From NCBI GenBank assembly GCA_963978095.1, contig CAXBQP010000005.1:1-64000 (forward strand): a stretch of 64,000 bases of DNA, written 5' to 3'. Each line of letters begins with the position of its first letter. The first letter of the stretch is position 1. The notes under the pieces were generated by a model that saw only the letters and a program-made list of their open reading frames with translations, was not told the DNA's origin and did not search any database. This document shows, piece after piece, positions 50,363 to 59,898 of the stretch. This stretch comes from an uncultured bacterium. Lineage in GTDB: Bacteria > Gemmatimonadota > Gemmatimonadetes > Gemmatimonadales > Gemmatimonadaceae. The translations under genes and the position numbers were made by a program.

Positions 50363-52419
50363 CAATACACGATGGGCCCGAGGGTGAAGATCCGCCGCGC
50401 ATCCACGCGCAACGCCCCCGGTTCGGTGCCCGCAAGAAAATACTCCAGATACCGACGCTCGGCAGGCGTCGACGGCGTCGCGAGCGTGCCGCTGGCACGG
50501 TCCAGCTCCGCACTCACGATCCCCTCCGGTGCCGCCCATGCGCTGGAGGGGCGCGCATAGCCACCGCGGGCGATCATTTGTGCCCAGATCGGGGCCGCCA
50601 GCGTGCCGCCCGCCACGCCGCGCTCGGCGATCGGTTTCCGTTTATCCATGCCGAGCCAGACCCCGCCGACGATCTCCGGGGTGAGTCCCACGAACCAGAC
50701 ATCGGCGTTGTCGTCGGTGGTGCCCGTCTTGCCCGCCACCGGAACCGTCACGGGAAGATACTTGCGAATGCTGGTCGCCGTCCCGCGCTCGACCACGTCC
50801 CGCATCATGTCGCGCACGACGAATGTCGCGGCGGCATTCATGGCCGGTGGACGCATGCGGACCGGTTGTCCCCACACGGTCTTGCTCGTGGCATCCTCGA
50901 CGCGGTACACGAAGCGCGGCTCCACGGGCGTTCCGAGATTCGCGAACGCGGTGTAGGCGGCCACGAAATCGAGCGGCTGCACCTCGGAGGCCCCGATGGC
51001 ACTCGAGGGGTAAGGCGCGATCGCCGTCGAAATCCCCAGACGGCGCGCCAGCGCGATCACCGAATCGGCACCACTCCTGAGCCACAGTTGCACGGCCACC
51101 GGATTCCGCGACCTGGTGATGGCCTCACGCAGCGTGATGTTGCCGAGGAACAGCCCGTCGGAGTTCCTGGGACTGTACTCCTGCCGATCGAACATCACGT
51201 GCAGATTCGTGTCCGGGACGATCGTGTTGGCCGGGAGGGAATCGCTGATGGCGCGCGCGTACACGATCGGCTTGAAGCTCGACCCCGGCTGACGCAAGCC
51301 GTTCATGGCGCGATTGAACTGGGATTCCTGGTAGTTGCGGCCTCCGACGAGCGCCTTCACGTCGCCGCTGGTGGGATCGATCGCGATCGCGAGTCCCTGG
51401 AGGTAGTCGGTGCTCCCCTTGGGGTGTTTGTCGTAGGTGGCATTCGCGTACCCGGGGCGGGCTTCGACAGCGGCCGTCCCCTCGACGAGCGCGGTGACCG
51501 CAGCGCGCTGCAGCGCCGGCTCCAGCGTCGTGAACACCTTGTAGCCGCCGGCGCTCACCGGGATCCCCGCGGCTTCCGTCTGCGCTCTGACCACGTCGAC
51601 GAAGTAGCCGGAGGGTGCCGCGACTCCCGCGCCCGGATCGGTCTGCACCGGCAAGGACTTGGCGACTTCCGCATCGCTCTTGGCGATCATGTGCTGATCG
51701 ACCATGAGGTCCAGAATCAGATTCCGCCGCGCGCGATTCTTGTCCGGATTGCGCGACGGATCATAAATGGCGGGTCCTTTCGGGAGCGCGGCGAGCGAGG
51801 CGGCTTCGGCCAAGGTCAGCCGCGATGCGCTCTTGCCGAAATAGTGACGCGCGGCGGTCTCGATGCCGAACCAACCGTGCCCGAACGCGATCGTGTTCAG
51901 GTAGGCCTCGAGGATCTGTTCCTTGTTGTAGTGCTTCTCCATCTCGCGCGCCGCGCGCTGCTCGCGGAGTTTGCGCAGCGGGCTCATGTCGCGCCGATCG
52001 ATCTGGTCGGGGTGGAGATTGCCCACCAGCTGCTGGGTGATGGTACTCGCCCCGCCACGCGCCTGGCCGAGCATCTTCCCCTTGATGGCACCAGCGACAC
52101 CGACCATGTCCACGCCGTCGTGCTGGTAGAACCGATGGTCCTCGACCGCGACGAAGGCCTGATGGACGTACTTGGGGAGTGTGCGCAACGCGATGCTGGT
52201 CCTCCACTGCCGCCCGATCTCGCCGATCAGCGAGCCGTCTCGAGCGTAGACCAGCGAGGATTGCGGCAGCGCGATGATGGTCCAGGGCTCCCCGGTGGGG
52301 ACCGGCACGGCCTTGGGGCGTACGGCCCCCGCCGGCGCGCCTTGCGCGCGCGCCAGCGATGCCGCCACCAGCACGGCAACCGTGGCGCGACGGATGAGCG
52401 GGGGCCGATGGGACCGCAT
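50362..52419 (-). CDS. Class A penicillin-binding protein (PBP1A family)
   Basis: EDHRFYQHDG, GASTITQQL, RKLRE; transpeptidase motifs SSFK, SRN, KTG. Confidence 0.94.
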   Translation of the reverse strand: MRSHRPPLIRRATVAVLVAASLARAQGAPAGAVRPKAVPVPTGEPWTIIALPQSSLVYARDGSLIGEIGRQWRTSIALRTLPKYVHQAFVAVEDHRFYQHDGVDMVGVAGAIKGKMLGQARGGASTITQQLVGNLHPDQIDRRDMSPLRKLREQRAAREMEKHYNKEQILEAYLNTIAFGHGWFGIETAARHYFGKSASRLTLAEAASLAALPKGPAIYDPSRNPDKNRARRNLILDLMVDQHMIAKSDAEVAKSLPVQTDPGAGVAAPSGYFVDVVRAQTEAAGIPVSAGGYKVFTTLEPALQRAAVTALVEGTAAVEARPGYANATYDKHPKGSTDYLQGLAIAIDPTSGDVKALVGGRNYQESQFNRAMNGLRQPGSSFKPIVYARAISDSLPANTIVPDTNLHVMFDRQEYSPRNSDGLFLGNITLREAITRSRNPVAVQLWLRSGADSVIALARRLGISTAIAPYPSSAIGASEVQPLDFVAAYTAFANLGTPVEPRFVYRVEDATSKTVWGQPVRMRPPAMNAAATFVVRDMMRDVVERGTATSIRKYLPVTVPVAGKTGTTDDNADVWFVGLTPEIVGGVWLGMDKRKPIAERGVAGGTLAAPIWAQMIARGGYARPSSAWAAPEGIVSAELDRASGTLATPSTPAERRYLEYFLAGTEPGALRVDARRIFTLGPIVY

Positions 52420-52508
52420 GGGTCGAATTGTACCCTTCCGGTCGGCAATCGGCACCGGCTCCACCCCGAACGTTGCCCCATCCCTACCGAGGGTGCGAAC
52501 TTTGGAGC

Positions 52509-54389
52509 ATGCCACTGCTCCACCTTGCGATCGCCCAGTTCCGCCCCCGCAAAGCCGATGTGCCCGGCAATCTCACCCGCATCGGTGAGGTGCTGGCGCA
52601 GGCGGCCGCGCTGTCGCCGCGTCCGCACGTGGTGCATTTCCCGGAAACGGCGACCTCGGCGTATTTCGTGGAGGGGGGGGTGCGGGAGTGTTCATTGACC
52701 ATTGCCGAGCTCACCGCCGGAATTGCGCAGGCCTACGCGGCGGCCTCCTCGGCGGCCTCCGCCGACGGCGTGCCGATCGCGGCCGTGGTGGGATTCTACG
52801 AGCGGCTCGACGGCACGTTGCACAACAGTGTGGCGTATCTCGAGGTGACCGGACATTCCGCGCGTGCCCTGCACGTGCACCGCAAGAACTTCCTCCCGAC
52901 CTACGGGATGTTCGACGAAGAGCGATTCGTCGAACGCGGTTACGGCGTGCGCGCCTTCGACACGCCCTGGGGACGCGCGGCGATGCTCGTCTGCGAGGAT
53001 GCCTGGCATTCGCTCACCGGGACGATCGCGGCACTCGACGGCGCGCAGATCATCTTCGTCTCGTCCGCCGCGCCGGCGCGGGGGGCCTTCGAGCGCGAGG
53101 ACGGAGACGCGGTCCCCGCGACCGTCGCGCGGTGGACCCGACTCATTCGCGACATCGCCGAAGAGCACGGGCTCTTCGTGACGCTGGCGAATCTCGTGGG
53201 AAGCGAAGGGGGGAAGATGTTCCAGGGTTCCTCCCTCGTGATGGGTCCGCGCGGCGACACCCGCTGTCGTGCGCCGCTCTGGGACGAAGCGCTCCTCACC
53301 GCGAGCGTGGAGCTCGACGACATCGCGCACGCGCGGGCGAGCGGCAACCTGCTGAGCGATCTGCGGACCGCGCTGCCGGTGCTGCGCGCGGAGTTGGATC
53401 GGGCGGTGACCGGGGTGCGGGGCGAGGCGGAGACGCCCACCGCGGCGACTGCGGAGACCGCGGCGATCGCGGCGTCTCCCGCAGCGCCATCAGCGCCCCC
53501 GGCCACGGTCGTTCGCGCCGGCGCGACCTCAGCGCCGCTCACCGTCGTCACCTCGGGCGACCACGGTCGCAGCGCCCCGCCCCCACTCGACATCGACGCG
53601 AAGCTCCTCGAACAGTGGCTCGTGGCCTTCCTCCGCGACGAGTTCACGCGACGCGGCTTCACCGATGCGGTCGTGGGTGTCTCCGGCGGTGTGGACTCTG
53701 CGGTCGTCGCGGCGCTCGCCGCGCGCGCGCTCGGGCCCGAGCACGTGATCGGCGTACGGCTGCCGTATCGCGCCTCGAGCGCCGACTCGCTCGCGCACGC
53801 CGAGCTGTTGATGACGCAACTCGGCATCCGGCAGCGCACGCTGGAGATCACCGCCGCAGTGGACGGCTACCTCTCCCTCGAACCCGACGCCGACGCCGCG
53901 CGGCGCGGCAATGTGATGGCGCGCATGCGGATGATCGCGCTTTTCGACTTGAGCGCCAAGCATCGGGCCCTCCCGCTCGGTACGGGCAACAAGAGCGAGC
54001 GATTGCTCGGCTACTTCACGTGGCACGCAGACGACTCGCCGCCGGTGAACGCCATCGGCGATCTCTTCAAGACACAGGTCTGGCAGCTCGCGCGGCACCT
54101 CGGCGTCCCCGATGCGATCATCTCGAAGCCGGCCTCGGCGGATCTGTTGCAGGGACAGACCGATGAAGGAGACTTCGGCATCTCGTATGCCAAGGCGGAT
54201 GTGATCCTGAACTGGCTCGTGCACGGGTGGACCCCCGCCGAGTTGGTGGCGCGGGGCTTCGCCGCGTCGGAGGTGGAGCTGGTGCGGAAGCGCCTCGATG
54301 GGACGCACTGGAAGCGTCGACTCCCGACCGTGGCCCTCGTGAGCGGCGCGGCGATCGGCGAGAGCTATCTGCGCCCGGTCGATTACTGA
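52509..54389 (+). CDS. nadE: Glutamine-dependent NAD+ synthetase (nitrilase-like glutaminase plus synthetase domains)
   Basis: FPE, RKNFLPTYGMFDE, VCED triad; SGGVDS, NVMARMRM, GNKSE, DLFKTQV, KPASADL. Confidence 0.93.
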   Translation: MPLLHLAIAQFRPRKADVPGNLTRIGEVLAQAAALSPRPHVVHFPETATSAYFVEGGVRECSLTIAELTAGIAQAYAAASSAASADGVPIAAVVGFYERLDGTLHNSVAYLEVTGHSARALHVHRKNFLPTYGMFDEERFVERGYGVRAFDTPWGRAAMLVCEDAWHSLTGTIAALDGAQIIFVSSAAPARGAFEREDGDAVPATVARWTRLIRDIAEEHGLFVTLANLVGSEGGKMFQGSSLVMGPRGDTRCRAPLWDEALLTASVELDDIAHARASGNLLSDLRTALPVLRAELDRAVTGVRGEAETPTAATAETAAIAASPAAPSAPPATVVRAGATSAPLTVVTSGDHGRSAPPPLDIDAKLLEQWLVAFLRDEFTRRGFTDAVVGVSGGVDSAVVAALAARALGPEHVIGVRLPYRASSADSLAHAELLMTQLGIRQRTLEITAAVDGYLSLEPDADAARRGNVMARMRMIALFDLSAKHRALPLGTGNKSERLLGYFTWHADDSPPVNAIGDLFKTQVWQLARHLGVPDAIISKPASADLLQGQTDEGDFGISYAKADVILNWLVHGWTPAELVARGFAASEVELVRKRLDGTHWKRRLPTVALVSGAAIGESYLRPVDY

Positions 54390-54482
54390 TCGCTGCACCG
54401 CGCCACAAGATCGCACGAATCGGATTGAGGCGCGGAGCCGAGAAGCCTAGCATGAAGCCAACGCACATCACCGGAGTTGGCC

Positions 54483-55331
54483 ATGGCGTCTGATTTCGAA
54501 GTCACCGACTACGCGCGCATCGAGCGGGCGATCCGCTTTCTCGACGCGAACCGCGCCGCCCAGCCGTCGCTCGCCGATGTGGCGCGGCATGTGGGGCTGA
54601 GCGAGGCGCACTTCCAGAAACTCTTCACGCGCTGGGCCGGGATCAGCCCCAAGCGCTTCCTGCAGCATCGCACGGCGCGGGTGGTGAAGCGGCTGTTGCG
54701 CGAGGAGCGCACCGTGCTCGATGTCAGTTACGCCGCGGGACTGAGCGGCCCCGGACGATTGCATGATCTCGTGGTGAATGCCGATGCCGTGACACCCGGC
54801 GAATGGCAGCGGGCCGGTGCGGGGATCGTGGTGCGCTATGGATTCCATCCCACGATGTTCGGCGAGTGTCTGCTCGCGATCACCACGCGCGGAATATGTC
54901 ACCTGGCCTTCGTGCATCCGGTCTCGCGTCGCGAGGCGATGGCGCGGCTGAACGCCGAGTGGCCGGCGGCGGATTTGGTACCGAATCAGGACGCCACGCG
55001 GCGGGTCGCGGCGCACGTGTTCCCCGCGCCAGGGAGTGCGCGCAGCGCGCTCGCGCTGCATGTGAAGGGGACGAACTTCCAACTCAAGGTCTGGGCCGCC
55101 CTGCTCGACGTGGCGGACGGGCGCGTCACGACCTACGGGGCACTCGCGGCGGCGATCGGTTCACCGGCCGCGGCGCGCGCCGTGGGTGGTGCGGTGGGGG
55201 CCAACCCGATCAGCTACCTGATCCCCTGTCACCGGGTGATCCGCGCGAGCGGCGAACTCGGAGGCTATGCCTGGGGGCCGGACCGGAAGCGGGTGATGCT
55301 GGCGCTCGAGGGCGCGCGCGCAGTTCGCTGA
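54483..55331 (+). CDS. Bifunctional AraC-HTH / methylated-DNA--protein-cysteine methyltransferase (Ada-like, no N-terminal Zn domain)
   Basis: HFQKLFTRWAGISPKRF, GTNFQLKVW, ARAVG, PCHRV. Confidence 0.92.
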   Translation: MASDFEVTDYARIERAIRFLDANRAAQPSLADVARHVGLSEAHFQKLFTRWAGISPKRFLQHRTARVVKRLLREERTVLDVSYAAGLSGPGRLHDLVVNADAVTPGEWQRAGAGIVVRYGFHPTMFGECLLAITTRGICHLAFVHPVSRREAMARLNAEWPAADLVPNQDATRRVAAHVFPAPGSARSALALHVKGTNFQLKVWAALLDVADGRVTTYGALAAAIGSPAAARAVGGAVGANPISYLIPCHRVIRASGELGGYAWGPDRKRVMLALEGARAVR

Positions 55332-55335
55332 ACGG

Positions 55336-55740
55336 CTACGCGGCCTGCGCGTACGCCAAGCTCACGGCGCGTCGGGCGCCCCGCTTGAGCGTCCGGTGTG
55401 CGACGCGCGCGTAGCGGATGAAGTTCGCACCCGCCCACGGGTACCGCGCGAAGAACTCCTGCGGCAGCAGCGACCCCTTCAGTTGATTGCACTGGCGGCA
55501 GGCCGCCACCAGGTTGCCCGGGTCATGCGTTCCGCCGCGCGAGAGCGGAAACACATGATCCAGCGTCGTGATCTCTAGCCCAAGGATCGCACTGCAGTAG
55601 ACACAGCGCCGCCCGCAATCACGGAAAGTCGACCGCTTGACGTGTCGCTTCTCCTGCTGGGCGAGCACGCGACGGTGATGGCGGGAAGTACCACGGGGTG
55701 CACGGGGCAGTGCGAAACGGTGGACGCTCCGGTGAGACAT
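55336..55740 (-). CDS. HNH endonuclease (McrA-like, Zn-binding)
   Basis: CVYC...TLDHVFPLSRGG...NLVAACRQCNQLKG; GAGGTG RBS. Confidence 0.9.
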   Translation of the reverse strand: MSHRSVHRFALPRAPRGTSRHHRRVLAQQEKRHVKRSTFRDCGRRCVYCSAILGLEITTLDHVFPLSRGGTHDPGNLVAACRQCNQLKGSLLPQEFFARYPWAGANFIRYARVAHRTLKRGARRAVSLAYAQAA

Positions 55741-56180
55741 GACACCTCGCCGAACAGGGCTGAAACGCCGACACCCCGCCTCGGGGCAGGAAGCCCGAGC
55801 GGGGTGGGATTGATGGGGCGGAGGGTCCAGCCGTCCGGCGCGGGTGGCGCCGGCAGCTCAATGGGCTGGACTGGCTGTCGCGTGCGAGCGGCCATTTCCC
55901 TCCACTGACTCCGAATGCCGGAGGTGGCAGTCGGGCTTTCCACATCTGACGAACGAAAATGTTGCTCCGTCACACGAGTCCTGCAAGTACCGGCCAGTCC
56001 CGATATGAACAAGATTAGGACCCCTTCCCGCTGACCGACCCCCGAAACACCCCCCGTCGCGGGGGCGTGCGGCTTGGGATGTGCTTCAAAGTGCGCTAAC
56101 TTTCTCCGGTTCCTGCGCATCCGTCGGGCCAACTCGACCCCGAGTGGTCGTGGCGCCTCCTTCAGCATTTCGCCGAATCC

Positions 56181-58289
56181 ATGGCTACTTCGTCCAAGGC
56201 GCGTCGCGCCACGCACGGACTCACGCGCGAGCAGCTGCTCGGCGCCTACCGCACGATGCTCCTCTCGCGTCGCGTGGACGACAAGGAGATCGCGCTCAAG
56301 CGCCAGAACAAGATCTTCTTCCAGATCTCCGGCGCTGGTCATGAAGCGCTGATGACGGCCGCCGGACTGGTGCTGAAGCCCGGCTACGACTGGTTCTATC
56401 TCTACTATCGCGATCGCGCGCTCTGCCTGCAGCTGGGCATGACCGCGGCCGAGATGTTGTACTCGGCCGTCGGCGCGGCGGTGGATCCCAACTCCGGCGG
56501 TCGGCAGATGCCGAGTCACTGGGGGCACAAACGACTGAACATCACGTCGGTGTCGTCGCCCACGGGCACGCAGTTCCTGCAGGCGGTCGGTGCCGCCGAA
56601 GCCACGTTGCGCGCCAAGCAGGGGAAGCTGGACGACCCGCAGTTCACCGGGGACGACGTGGTGCTCGTCACCACGGGCGACGGCACGACGAGCGAAGGGG
56701 AGTTCTGGGAATCGCTGAGCACCGCGTCGAATCTCAAGCTGCCGGTGGTGTACATCGTCGAGGACAACGGCTACGCGATTTCGGTGCCGGTCGAGGTGAA
56801 CACCCCGGGCGGCTCCATTTCCGAGCTGGTGAAGAACTTCCCCGGACTGTACGTGCAGCAGGTCGACGGCTGCGATCTGATCGCGAGCTATGAGACCATC
56901 CAACGCGCGGTCGCCTATGCCCGTGAGCGCAAGGGACCGGCCCTCGTGCACGCGAAGGTGATTCGCCCGTACTCGCACTCGCTCTCCGACGATGACGTGA
57001 AGTATCGTCCGAGCGCCGAGCGGGATGCCGACGCACTCCGCGATCCGATCACCGTGTTCCCGGCGTGGCTGGTCGAGGAGGGCTACGCGACCGAGGCGGA
57101 GATCGCGAAGATCGCGGAGGAGGTCGACGCGGAGGTGTTGGCGGCGACGGACGACGCGCTGGCGCAGCCGCAGCCCGATCCCAGCACCGTGTACTTCGGC
57201 GTCTACTCCCCGGACGTCGATCCGACGAGCGAGCAGTTCGATACCGAGGATGATCCGCAGTTCAGCGGCGAGCCGACCACGATGCTCGACTTGCTCAACT
57301 CATGCATGAAGGAAGAGATGCGCCGGGACGAACGGATCCTGGTGTTCGGGGAGGACGTGGCCGATGTGTCGCGCGAACAGTATCTGGGCGATGTGAAGGG
57401 GAAGGGCGGCGTTTTCGGCGTCACGTCCGGCCTGCAGAAGGAGTTCGGCAGCGGGCGTGTGTACAACTCGCCGCTCGCCGAGGCCAACATCGTCGGACGC
57501 GCGATCGGCTTGGCGCACCGCGGCTTCAAGCCGGTCGTCGAGATCCAGTTCTTCGACTACATCTGGCCCGCCTACATGCAGATCCGCGACGAGCTCGCGA
57601 CGATGCGCTGGCGCTCGACCAACCAGTTCGCGGCGCCGGTGGTGATTCGCACCACCTATGGCGGCTACATCCGCGGCGCGATCTACCACTCGCAGACCGG
57701 CGCCTCGCTCTTCACGGCCTGCCCGGGGCTTCGGGTCGTCTGCCCGAGCAATGCGTCTGACGCCAACGGACTGCTCCGCACGGCCATCCGCTGCGAGGAT
57801 CCGGTGATCTTCCTCGAGCACAAGCATCTCTACCGGCAGACGTACAACAAGTCACAGAATCCCGGCCCGAACTTCATGATTCCGTTCGGCAAGGCCAAGA
57901 TCCTGCACGAGGGAACCGATGTCACGGTGGTCACCTACGGCGCCACGGTGAATCGCGCCCTGGTCGCGGCCCGCGAAGTCGGGGAGCGTGGCATCAGCGT
58001 GGAGGTCATCGACCTGCGCACGCTCTCCCCGTGGGACCGTGAGGCGGTGTTCACGAGCGTCAAGAAGACGGGCCGCGTCATCGTGGCGCACGAGGATTCG
58101 TTGTCGTGGGGCTACGGCGCCGAGATCGCGGCGGCCATCGCCGATGAGTGCTTCCCGTGGCTCGACGCCCCCGTGAAGCGCGTGGCGAGCACCGATACGT
58201 TCGTGGGATACGCGCCCTCGCTCGAGGACGCGATCCTGCCGCAGACGTCGACGTTCGTGCAGGCGTACCTCGACCTCATGGCCTTCTGA
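56181..58289 (+). CDS. 2-oxoacid dehydrogenase E1, fused alpha/beta (branched-chain type probable)
   Basis: ISGAGHE, TPP motif GDG...[29 protein letters not shown]. Confidence 0.93.
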   Translation: MATSSKARRATHGLTREQLLGAYRTMLLSRRVDDKEIALKRQNKIFFQISGAGHEALMTAAGLVLKPGYDWFYLYYRDRALCLQLGMTAAEMLYSAVGAAVDPNSGGRQMPSHWGHKRLNITSVSSPTGTQFLQAVGAAEATLRAKQGKLDDPQFTGDDVVLVTTGDGTTSEGEFWESLSTASNLKLPVVYIVEDNGYAISVPVEVNTPGGSISELVKNFPGLYVQQVDGCDLIASYETIQRAVAYARERKGPALVHAKVIRPYSHSLSDDDVKYRPSAERDADALRDPITVFPAWLVEEGYATEAEIAKIAEEVDAEVLAATDDALAQPQPDPSTVYFGVYSPDVDPTSEQFDTEDDPQFSGEPTTMLDLLNSCMKEEMRRDERILVFGEDVADVSREQYLGDVKGKGGVFGVTSGLQKEFGSGRVYNSPLAEANIVGRAIGLAHRGFKPVVEIQFFDYIWPAYMQIRDELATMRWRSTNQFAAPVVIRTTYGGYIRGAIYHSQTGASLFTACPGLRVVCPSNASDANGLLRTAIRCEDPVIFLEHKHLYRQTYNKSQNPGPNFMIPFGKAKILHEGTDVTVVTYGATVNRALVAAREVGERGISVEVIDLRTLSPWDREAVFTSVKKTGRVIVAHEDSLSWGYGAEIAAAIADECFPWLDAPVKRVASTDTFVGYAPSLEDAILPQTSTFVQAYLDLMAF

Positions 58290-58801
58290 TGACCCCCTGG
58301 CTGTTGATCCTCGCCCTGTGGGCGCAGCAAGGCGTCGGCGCGAAGTTCCCGACCGTCGTGAGCGACAACCTGGAAGGCCGGACCTTCACCCTTCCCCGTG
58401 ATTTCGCGGGGAAACGGAATGTGGTGTTCGTGCCCTTCCTCCGCGAGCAGCAGTCCGTGGTGGACGGATGGGTGCCGTTCGTGAAGCAGCAAATCGCCGC
58501 ACACCCGGGGACCGACTACTACGAGCTCCCCACGATCAAGAAGATGATCGGCCTGATGAAGTGGACGATCAACAAGGGGATGAGTGGCGGGATCCCGGAC
58601 AAATCGGCGCGCGAGCACACGATCACGCTCTACACGGACAAGGCGGCGCTCAAACAGTCGCTCGCCATCACGGACGAATCGGTGGTCACGATTCTCGTCG
58701 TGGATACCGAGGGGAAGATCTACTGGCGCGAGACGGGGGCGTTCACCTCGGCAAAAGGCGCGTCACTGGCGGCCGCGCTGTCGGCGCCGATCGTCCCCTG
58801 A
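58289..58801 (+). CDS. Exported thioredoxin-fold-like hypothetical protein (ATP10-like appearance, no CxxC)
   Basis: FPTVVSDNLEGRTFTLP, LVVDTEGKIYWRETG; TGATG coupling to the E1 gene. Confidence 0.7.
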   Translation: MTPWLLILALWAQQGVGAKFPTVVSDNLEGRTFTLPRDFAGKRNVVFVPFLREQQSVVDGWVPFVKQQIAAHPGTDYYELPTIKKMIGLMKWTINKGMSGGIPDKSAREHTITLYTDKAALKQSLAITDESVVTILVVDTEGKIYWRETGAFTSAKGASLAAALSAPIVP

Positions 58802-58821
58802 GCTCGCGCGGGACTTCGGCC

Positions 58822-58854
58822 CGGCGTTAGCGGTGCGGCGTTAGCGGTGCGGCG
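58822..58854. repeat. 14-bp tandem duplication
   Basis: CGGCGTTAGCGGTG twice followed by CGGCG. Confidence 0.85.
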
Positions 58855-59077
58855 GGGTGAAGGTCACCCGCCCGTTCCGGATGTGTCCTGACGCCCCCTT
58901 CGCGTCCCGCACCTGCACCTCGGCGAGCGGAAGCTTCCGCAGTTCCGCACTGCCCCCCATCGCCAGCACCTGATCTCCCTGGACGACGACGGCGTCGACC
59001 AGGGGACGGCGCGGATCGCCCGTGGCGATCCGTGCGTTCACGACGATCTCGGTGGCCTGCGTGAGTTCCGGATTCAA
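58841..59077 (-). CDS. Small protein resembling the N-terminal beta-domain of YtcJ-like amidohydrolases
   Basis: IVVNARIATGDPRRPLVDAVVVQGDQVLAMG...RDAKG; TTGA overlap with the upstream gene. Confidence 0.6.
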   Translation of the reverse strand: MNPELTQATEIVVNARIATGDPRRPLVDAVVVQGDQVLAMGGSAELRKLPLAEVQVRDAKGASGHIRNGRVTFTPPHR

Positions 59078-59253
59078 CGGCGCTCGAGCGCGTCGCGGAC
59101 GTCGAGCAGCACTTCGAAGTACAACTGCTCCCGACGATACGCGAAATCGAGGGAGGTCTGTGCGGCGAGATCCTCGGAGGCTTTGGCACGCTCGAATGCC
59201 TCACGGTACATCTCTTCCAGATTGTTGAGGATACGGTCGCGAGGACGGGACAT
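59074..59253 (-). CDS. Small helical hypothetical protein
   Basis: GGAG before ATG 59253 (MSRPRDRILNNLEEMY...); the longer start at 59397 is less likely. Confidence 0.65.
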   Translation of the reverse strand: MSRPRDRILNNLEEMYREAFERAKASEDLAAQTSLDFAYRREQLYFEVLLDVRDALERR

Positions 59254-59431
59254 GCGATTCTTCTCCAGGATGGCGGCGGGTGTGAGACGCGGCGGGGCGA
59301 AGTGCTCAGGCTCCGTCGCCTTCGACACGGGTTGGTCGATGAGCAGCTTCTTGGCGGCGCCGAGGGCCAGGCGCCGAGGACTGAACGGTTCGGACATTGA
59401 CGGAATCTAACGTCAGTACCGGACCGTGGGA

Positions 59432-59764
59432 CTAGGGTTCGAGGCGGTGGAACACCGACGCGTCCACGACGTGGCCGTCGCGGAGGTGCTCCACGACGAT
59501 GCGCTCCATGAGTGCTGGTGTCACGCCGGCGTACCAGACGCCTTCCGGGTAAACCACGACGATCGGCCCCCCTTCGCAGACGCCCAGGCAGGGCACTTCG
59601 GATCGTTTGACCCGATTGGGCCCGAAGAGCATCTCGTGGCGCTGCAGCAAGCTTGCCAACTGCGCATACAGGGCACGCCCGCGCCGATCGGGACTGCAGT
59701 AGCCGCCCGTACACACCACCACATGGTGGCGATAGGGGTCCATGACGGGGAGCGTTGGGGGCAT
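59432..59764 (-). CDS. Thioredoxin-like [2Fe-2S] ferredoxin
   Basis: HVVVCTGGYC...CLGVCEGGPIVVVYPEGVWY. Confidence 0.9.
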   Translation of the reverse strand: MPPTLPVMDPYRHHVVVCTGGYCSPDRRGRALYAQLASLLQRHEMLFGPNRVKRSEVPCLGVCEGGPIVVVYPEGVWYAGVTPALMERIVVEHLRDGHVVDASVFHRLEP

Positions 59765-59898
59765 GCACCCGAATGTAACGCGGGACACGCCGAGTCCGAA
59801 TGCGGTCCGCACATTGCCCCCGTGCCGGACGGGGGACAGCTTCCACGAAGCGCAGTCCCACCCCGCGCGTACCCAGTCCTCGAGCATCGGGAATCGAG

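Noticed and set aside
55575..55895. Possible 106-aa ORF MAARTRQP... with GGAGGG RBS upstream of the HNH gene
   Set aside because: Overlaps the HNH gene by about 165 nt in another frame and has no recognisable features; cannot be supported without homology data.
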